From positions 1-60,431 of the forward strand of contig RDOE01000010.1 of NCBI GenBank assembly GCA_011364975.1: DNA of 60,431 bases, read 5' to 3'. Source of the stretch: Promethearchaeota archaeon (GTDB taxonomy: Archaea; Asgardarchaeota; Lokiarchaeia; Sigyniarchaeales; SOKP01). Made by a program: the position numbers and the translations under genes. The notes under the pieces were generated by a model. It was not told the origin of the DNA and did not search any database. It worked only from the letters and a program-made list of their open reading frames with translations. Each line of letters begins with the position of its first letter. The stretch's first letter is position 1. Positions 56,025-60,431 of the stretch are shown here, piece after piece.

Positions 56025-59013
56025 ATTCTTTGTTTGCAAATTTAATGGCGAACTGAGCATATTTCCAAGCCATTAAATAATGCGATGCACTGCAAACTAA
56101 GAAACCATCATTATATGCTTCTAAAGCGTTAGATTGATGTTCTTTTGCTTTCTTAATATAAAATTCATATATACATTGAAATTTATACTCTTTAACTTCC
56201 ATTTTTTCTGCTTCAGCAATCGCAATATCTGCTAATAGTTGGTCTGCAGTTATCAATTTCTGAATAACTCCTGCAAATATTTCCATTACTGGGAAGTTAG
56301 TCATCCATTTTATTGCTATGATTTCATATACAAAAACTAATAAACCACATTTAGGATTAAGATGCGAATCATCAACCCAGTATTTATCTGTAAGACTTTT
56401 TTCAATAAACTTTATAACATGTTCAATTTTTTTATCGATACATCTATTTCCAGTTTTAATAGATTCTAAATCTTTTATTGCGCTTAATTTAAGAGCCCTT
56501 GGATTCAATATCGATATAGATATTGTATCGACACCAATACCTCCATCATCGTCTTCTACTGATAAAGTAATAATATAATTTCCTGGTTCAAAATAATTAT
56601 GACTAATAGATTCTACAATTTCTACAGGAAAAATCCCCTCAGTATTGAAGTAAGTATTAATGATTAATCCTGTTGTGTCTCCAAAATCCCATTTAAAAGA
56701 CAGATCATCACTTCCAGGATCATATCCTTTACCTGAGATGTTGATTAATTCATCAATTAAAATATATGTACCTAAATAACTATGTTCAAACTGTCCGACA
56801 GAAACAATTGATGCAACTGGTGCTACATTTAAAACTTCTATTATTAACGTATCAGAAGAAATTCCTCCATCATCATCATTTACTGAGATTAGAACACTAT
56901 ATATGCCATTATCACCATATACATGTGTTCCAGTTACTATCCAACTTTGATCAGATTTAGTAATTATTCCCGTATCAATGGCTCCATCTCCCCAATCAAT
57001 TATCGAAGAGTGTGTATCTAAGATACCTGCATCAGTAAAACTAAGTAAATCAAATGTACATGAATTCCCCTCAAGTATAGACTGATCTTCAATAACATTT
57101 AAGGAAGGATTGACATTATTTACATTGACTAATAAAGAGTCGGAATTCTTACCACCATCATCATCAGTAACTGTAAGGATGGCTGTGTATAACCCATTAT
57201 CAAAATAGGTATGAGATGGATTTAAAACACCATAACTAAATTGACCATCTCCAAAATTCCATTCTATATTATGTGTATCAAGTATTCCGGGATCAGAAAA
57301 AGAGCCGTGAAAATCAGTACTTTCTCCCTCATCAATATTTATGTTCTCTCCAGCGTTAACCATTGGAGCAACATTTTCAACTGAAATTGATAAAAAGTCT
57401 GAGTCAACTCCTCCATCGTTATCTGTAATAGTTAGAGTGACAGAATAAATTCCATTATCATCATAAGTATGCGTTGGAGTTAAAGTTCCATAAGCAAAAT
57501 CCCCATCTCCGAAATTCCATTCAATATCATATATTTCAGATGGAGATAAGTTAATAATATTACCGTTAAAGTTAACTAATTCTCCTTCATCGACATTCTG
57601 GTCTAATCCTGCATCGACTAACGGCGGTACGTTTTCTACTGTGATTACTAATGAATCAGTCCCAGCACCCCCATCATCATCAACAACAGTGATTAAAACT
57701 GTATAAATCCCATCATTAAAATAAATATGAGTACCAGACACTGTTCCGCTGTCATCAGGGGCAGTCTCCTTAATTATACCTTCATTTACTGTTCCATCTC
57801 CCCAATCAATGAATGCAGTATGCGTATCATAAATTCCAGGATTATAAAATGTAGCTAGTACAAGTGATAGTTCATTTCCTTCATAAGTCAATTGATCTTC
57901 TATAGCAATTACTATAGGGTTTTGATTATTAACCGTAACTATCAAGGAATCTGTTCCAATACCTCCGTCATCATCAATCACGTTTAACCTTGCAATATAT
58001 ATTCCATTTTCCTCATATATATGGCTGGATGATAAAGATCCTGAACTACTATGGCCATCACCATAATCCCAGTTTATTGAATAAGTATCCAGGATTCCAG
58101 GATCTATAAAATCCCCGTTAAAGTAAACTATTTGTCCCTCATCGATTTCTTGATCAACACCAGCATTTACAACGGGTGCAAGATTATTTATATTTACTCT
58201 TAATGTGTCAGTACCAACTCCTCCTTGACTATCTGTAACGGTCAATGTAACAGTAAAAATTCCATTATCAAGATAACTATGACTTGGGTTTAGCGTTCCT
58301 GTGATTGAATTTCCATCACCAAAATTCCAATGGAAAGTATGAGTATCCCCAGAATCAGGATCACTAAAACCGCCATTAAAGTATAAAATATCACCTTCAT
58401 TCCCCGTTTGATCTGATCCTGCGTTGACTATAGGGATTGTATTTCCCAAACCGATTAATTCAACATACATTCTACTAATTCGATAAGGACCATAATTCCC
58501 AGGATTATCACCATCTGTTAATTTAACAAAAAATGGAGAACTAAGCAATAAAGAACTTATCTCAAAAGCTATATCTCCGGGAGTTCGTATTGTTCCTACT
58601 TTATATGTTGATGATGAACTGGGGCCCACATACACATCTAATCCAAATGTATGTGCCTCTAAAAGATGAATATGTAAAATAGCTCTTTCAAACGAAGTTC
58701 TTATATTATCAAAGCGATAGATCTGAGAAATATAGTAATAAGGTAAAATTTGACTTACGTATTCCTCAAACAATACCGCATAACTATTATCATTCACAGT
58801 CATTGCATAAAAATTATCAGTTGTACCCCATACTGAGCTATGAAGTGCATCAACAAAATCTAATTCATAATCAGATTGTGAAGTATATGTATTTTCTCTA
58901 TTATTTGAATTAATAATATTATAATTTACTAAATACTCTAAGGGAAAAATCGAAAATAGAATTATAACTATTAAAATAGATGTAGTCAAAAAATTCGTGT
59001 GTACGAATTTCAA
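56002..59013 (-). CDS. Surface protein with 7 PKD domains and a Cys-rich helical C-terminal domain
   Basis: Repeated W.FGDG/WGDG...H.Y.DNG.Y...LTV.DDDGG units; N-terminal signal anchor. Confidence 0.9.
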   Translation of the reverse strand: MKFVHTNFLTTSILIVIILFSIFPLEYLVNYNIINSNNRENTYTSQSDYELDFVDALHSSVWGTTDNFYAMTVNDNSYAVLFEEYVSQILPYYYISQIYRFDNIRTSFERAILHIHLLEAHTFGLDVYVGPSSSSTYKVGTIRTPGDIAFEISSLLLSSPFFVKLTDGDNPGNYGPYRISRMYVELIGLGNTIPIVNAGSDQTGNEGDILYFNGGFSDPDSGDTHTFHWNFGDGNSITGTLNPSHSYLDNGIFTVTLTVTDSQGGVGTDTLRVNINNLAPVVNAGVDQEIDEGQIVYFNGDFIDPGILDTYSINWDYGDGHSSSGSLSSSHIYEENGIYIARLNVIDDDGGIGTDSLIVTVNNQNPIVIAIEDQLTYEGNELSLVLATFYNPGIYDTHTAFIDWGDGTVNEGIIKETAPDDSGTVSGTHIYFNDGIYTVLITVVDDDGGAGTDSLVITVENVPPLVDAGLDQNVDEGELVNFNGNIINLSPSEIYDIEWNFGDGDFAYGTLTPTHTYDDNGIYSVTLTITDNDGGVDSDFLSISVENVAPMVNAGENINIDEGESTDFHGSFSDPGILDTHNIEWNFGDGQFSYGVLNPSHTYFDNGLYTAILTVTDDDGGKNSDSLLVNVNNVNPSLNVIEDQSILEGNSCTFDLLSFTDAGILDTHSSIIDWGDGAIDTGIITKSDQSWIVTGTHVYGDNGIYSVLISVNDDDGGISSDTLIIEVLNVAPVASIVSVGQFEHSYLGTYILIDELINISGKGYDPGSDDLSFKWDFGDTTGLIINTYFNTEGIFPVEIVESISHNYFEPGNYIITLSVEDDDGGIGVDTISISILNPRALKLSAIKDLESIKTGNRCIDKKIEHVIKFIEKSLTDKYWVDDSHLNPKCGLLVFVYEIIAIKWMTNFPVMEIFAGVIQKLITADQLLADIAIAEAEKMEVKEYKFQCIYEFYIKKAKEHQSNALEAYNDGFLVCSASHYLMAWKYAQFAIKFANKEFSCHCKC

Positions 59014-59201
59014 TTTTGTGTGTAACCCTTGTTATATTAGATTTTATTAAGTATTAAGTTACATCTTTTGCTTAATAAAGTTTCTGCGAGTTTAAATAAT
59101 GCGAACGAAAAATGTCACTGAAAAATCTAAATTAATAATTTAAATCATAGCAACAAAAGTAAAAAAAAAAAAATTATTATTAGGGTTTCTAATTTTTTGG
59201 T

Positions 59202-60431
59202 TTATTGTTTATAAAGATCGGGTATGTTCCAATAACATGGATAGAAGTATACCTTCTGCATTGCATTTCCTGGATGGCCTAATAGATCTTTATTATAGCA
59301 ATCGTTGTTAATACCTGTGTATCCAAATGCCCATGGCATATCTCGCTCAACAAGAATTTGTTGAATTTTGTCATATTGTGCTTCTCTTGATACGGGATCT
59401 GTATTTAAAAGTGCAGCCTCCATTAAGAGCTGAACATTATTGTCTGTGACTGTTGGGTCAAGGCCAGCTTCAATTGCGGCTAAGTAGCCATTATATATAA
59501 CCCCATTAGAGGCTGTGGTTCGATTTGTAAACAGGGGATTGACGTAATTACTTGGATCGTTATAATCGGGAATCCATCCTAACCAGTAAATCTGAAGTTG
59601 TTGTCGATATCTACCTGCGAGGTCATAAGTACTATAAATAAATTGTGCAAATGTAGTTCCCGCATCTTCGACTCTAATACCTATTTTTCCAAGATTATCT
59701 GTCAGAAGGATAAAGATATTTTCACGAATAGGATTACCTATGTTATAGGTATAATTATATTCAAGGAAATTAGCTGCCGCCCAATCATTATCATCAGGAC
59801 CAGGAAATGTAGGATCCAAACCTAGTCCAAAACCCATAGATTGCATAATTTCACGGGCTTTGGTAATATTAAAGGTTGCTACATTAAATGAATCATTAGC
59901 AAATGTTATACCATTAGGAATATTTGACTTCAATCTGACTGCTTGATCTTGCATAAGCTCATGGATAAGGAAGCTATAATTGAACGCATAAGAGATGGCT
60001 TTTCTGATGGTAGTATTAATCCAATAATTGCTCATGCCTAGATATTGAACACTTAGACTTATACCGACTTGTTCTCGGGTAATATCTGGTTCAGCGTCAA
60101 ATGTGGCTAACATTGCAGGGGTAGGATCATTTAACCAGTCAATATCTCCCGAAAGTAATGCATTGTTTCTTATTTGGGCATCATTAATTACTGAGAAAAT
60201 TAACGTATCGATTTTTGCTCTGGGTTTATAGTAATAATCCCATGCGTGAAATCGAATTTCAACACCAGCTTCATAACTATCATAAACGAATGGTCCAGTG
60301 CCTACTAAATCACCATTAGCCGTATCAAGAACTTCACTAAAAGGCGTCGAGGTTGGTGAAACCATATACGCCGCATTGAAACATAAGAGTGGTTCAAACG
60401 CACCATATGGGGTATTAAGCACAAATCTTAA
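59202..60431 (-). CDS. ABC transporter substrate-binding protein, family 5 (OppA/DppA-like), 5'-truncated by window end
   Basis: VGTGPF, R..ALL.GDID, IRKAISYAFN, W.PDY.DP..Y; frame open to the window edge. Confidence 0.88.
   Translation of the reverse strand, partial: LRFVLNTPYGAFEPLLCFNAAYMVSPTSTPFSEVLDTANGDLVGTGPFVYDSYEAGVEIRFHAWDYYYKPRAKIDTLIFSVINDAQIRNNALLSGDIDWLNDPTPAMLATFDAEPDITREQVGISLSVQYLGMSNYWINTTIRKAISYAFNYSFLIHELMQDQAVRLKSNIPNGITFANDSFNVATFNITKAREIMQSMGFGLGLDPTFPGPDDNDWAAANFLEYNYTYNIGNPIRENIFILLTDNLGKIGIRVEDAGTTFAQFIYSTYDLAGRYRQQLQIYWLGWIPDYNDPSNYVNPLFTNRTTASNGVIYNGYLAAIEAGLDPTVTDNNVQLLMEAALLNTDPVSREAQYDKIQQILVERDMPWAFGYTGINNDCYNKDLLGHPGNAMQKVYFYPCYWNIPDLYKQ

Noticed and set aside
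56500-58450. CRISPR-like or mobile-element repeats (recurring ccatcatcatc / ccatctcc)
   Set aside because: These are codon-level echoes of PKD protein repeats, not identical repeats with spacers.
1444-59825. Numerous 60-120 aa antisense or alternate-frame ORFs in the ORF track (e.g. 4359..4622, 12844..13143, 16223..16588, 36728..37081)
   Set aside because: They lie wholly or mostly within well-supported genes on the opposite strand or another frame and have no motifs; shadow ORFs.

Overview
AT-rich archaeal chromosomal segment whose gene content points to an Asgard archaeon, most likely Lokiarchaeia/Promethearchaeota. Evidence: eS1/uS15 ribosomal proteins, an intron-less tRNA-Val(GAC) without encoded CCA, SDS22-like LRR, longin/roadblock-like proteins, a histone-fold protein and a non-pyrrolysine MttB. 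About 45 protein genes; no CRISPR array, rRNA or transposase recognised. Highlights: (1) a tightly packed ~16 kb five-gene operon (24849-40902) with a MacB/LolD-type ABC ATPase carrying extra N- and C-terminal domains, two different tandem-FtsX permeases, a 1339-aa membrane-anchored Ig-like surface protein and a 1599-aa membrane-anchored subtilase with a cytoplasmic double Zn-ribbon, preceded by a perfect 18-bp palindrome; (2) a larB/larC/nikR nickel-pincer neighbourhood; (3) an alpha3-type (Bd0055/HTkC-like) histone with a short tail; (4) a class 1 RNase III and a truncated TFS/RpoM paralogue; (5) an ICMT-like gene, two degenerate CAAX-protease-like genes and a CxC-terminated PKD protein flanking a hairpin-rich 740-bp intergenic region (candidate ncRNA); (6) an LRR gene that appears to start at a non-canonical ATA codon. 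All family calls come from motif recognition by eye; no database searches were run.
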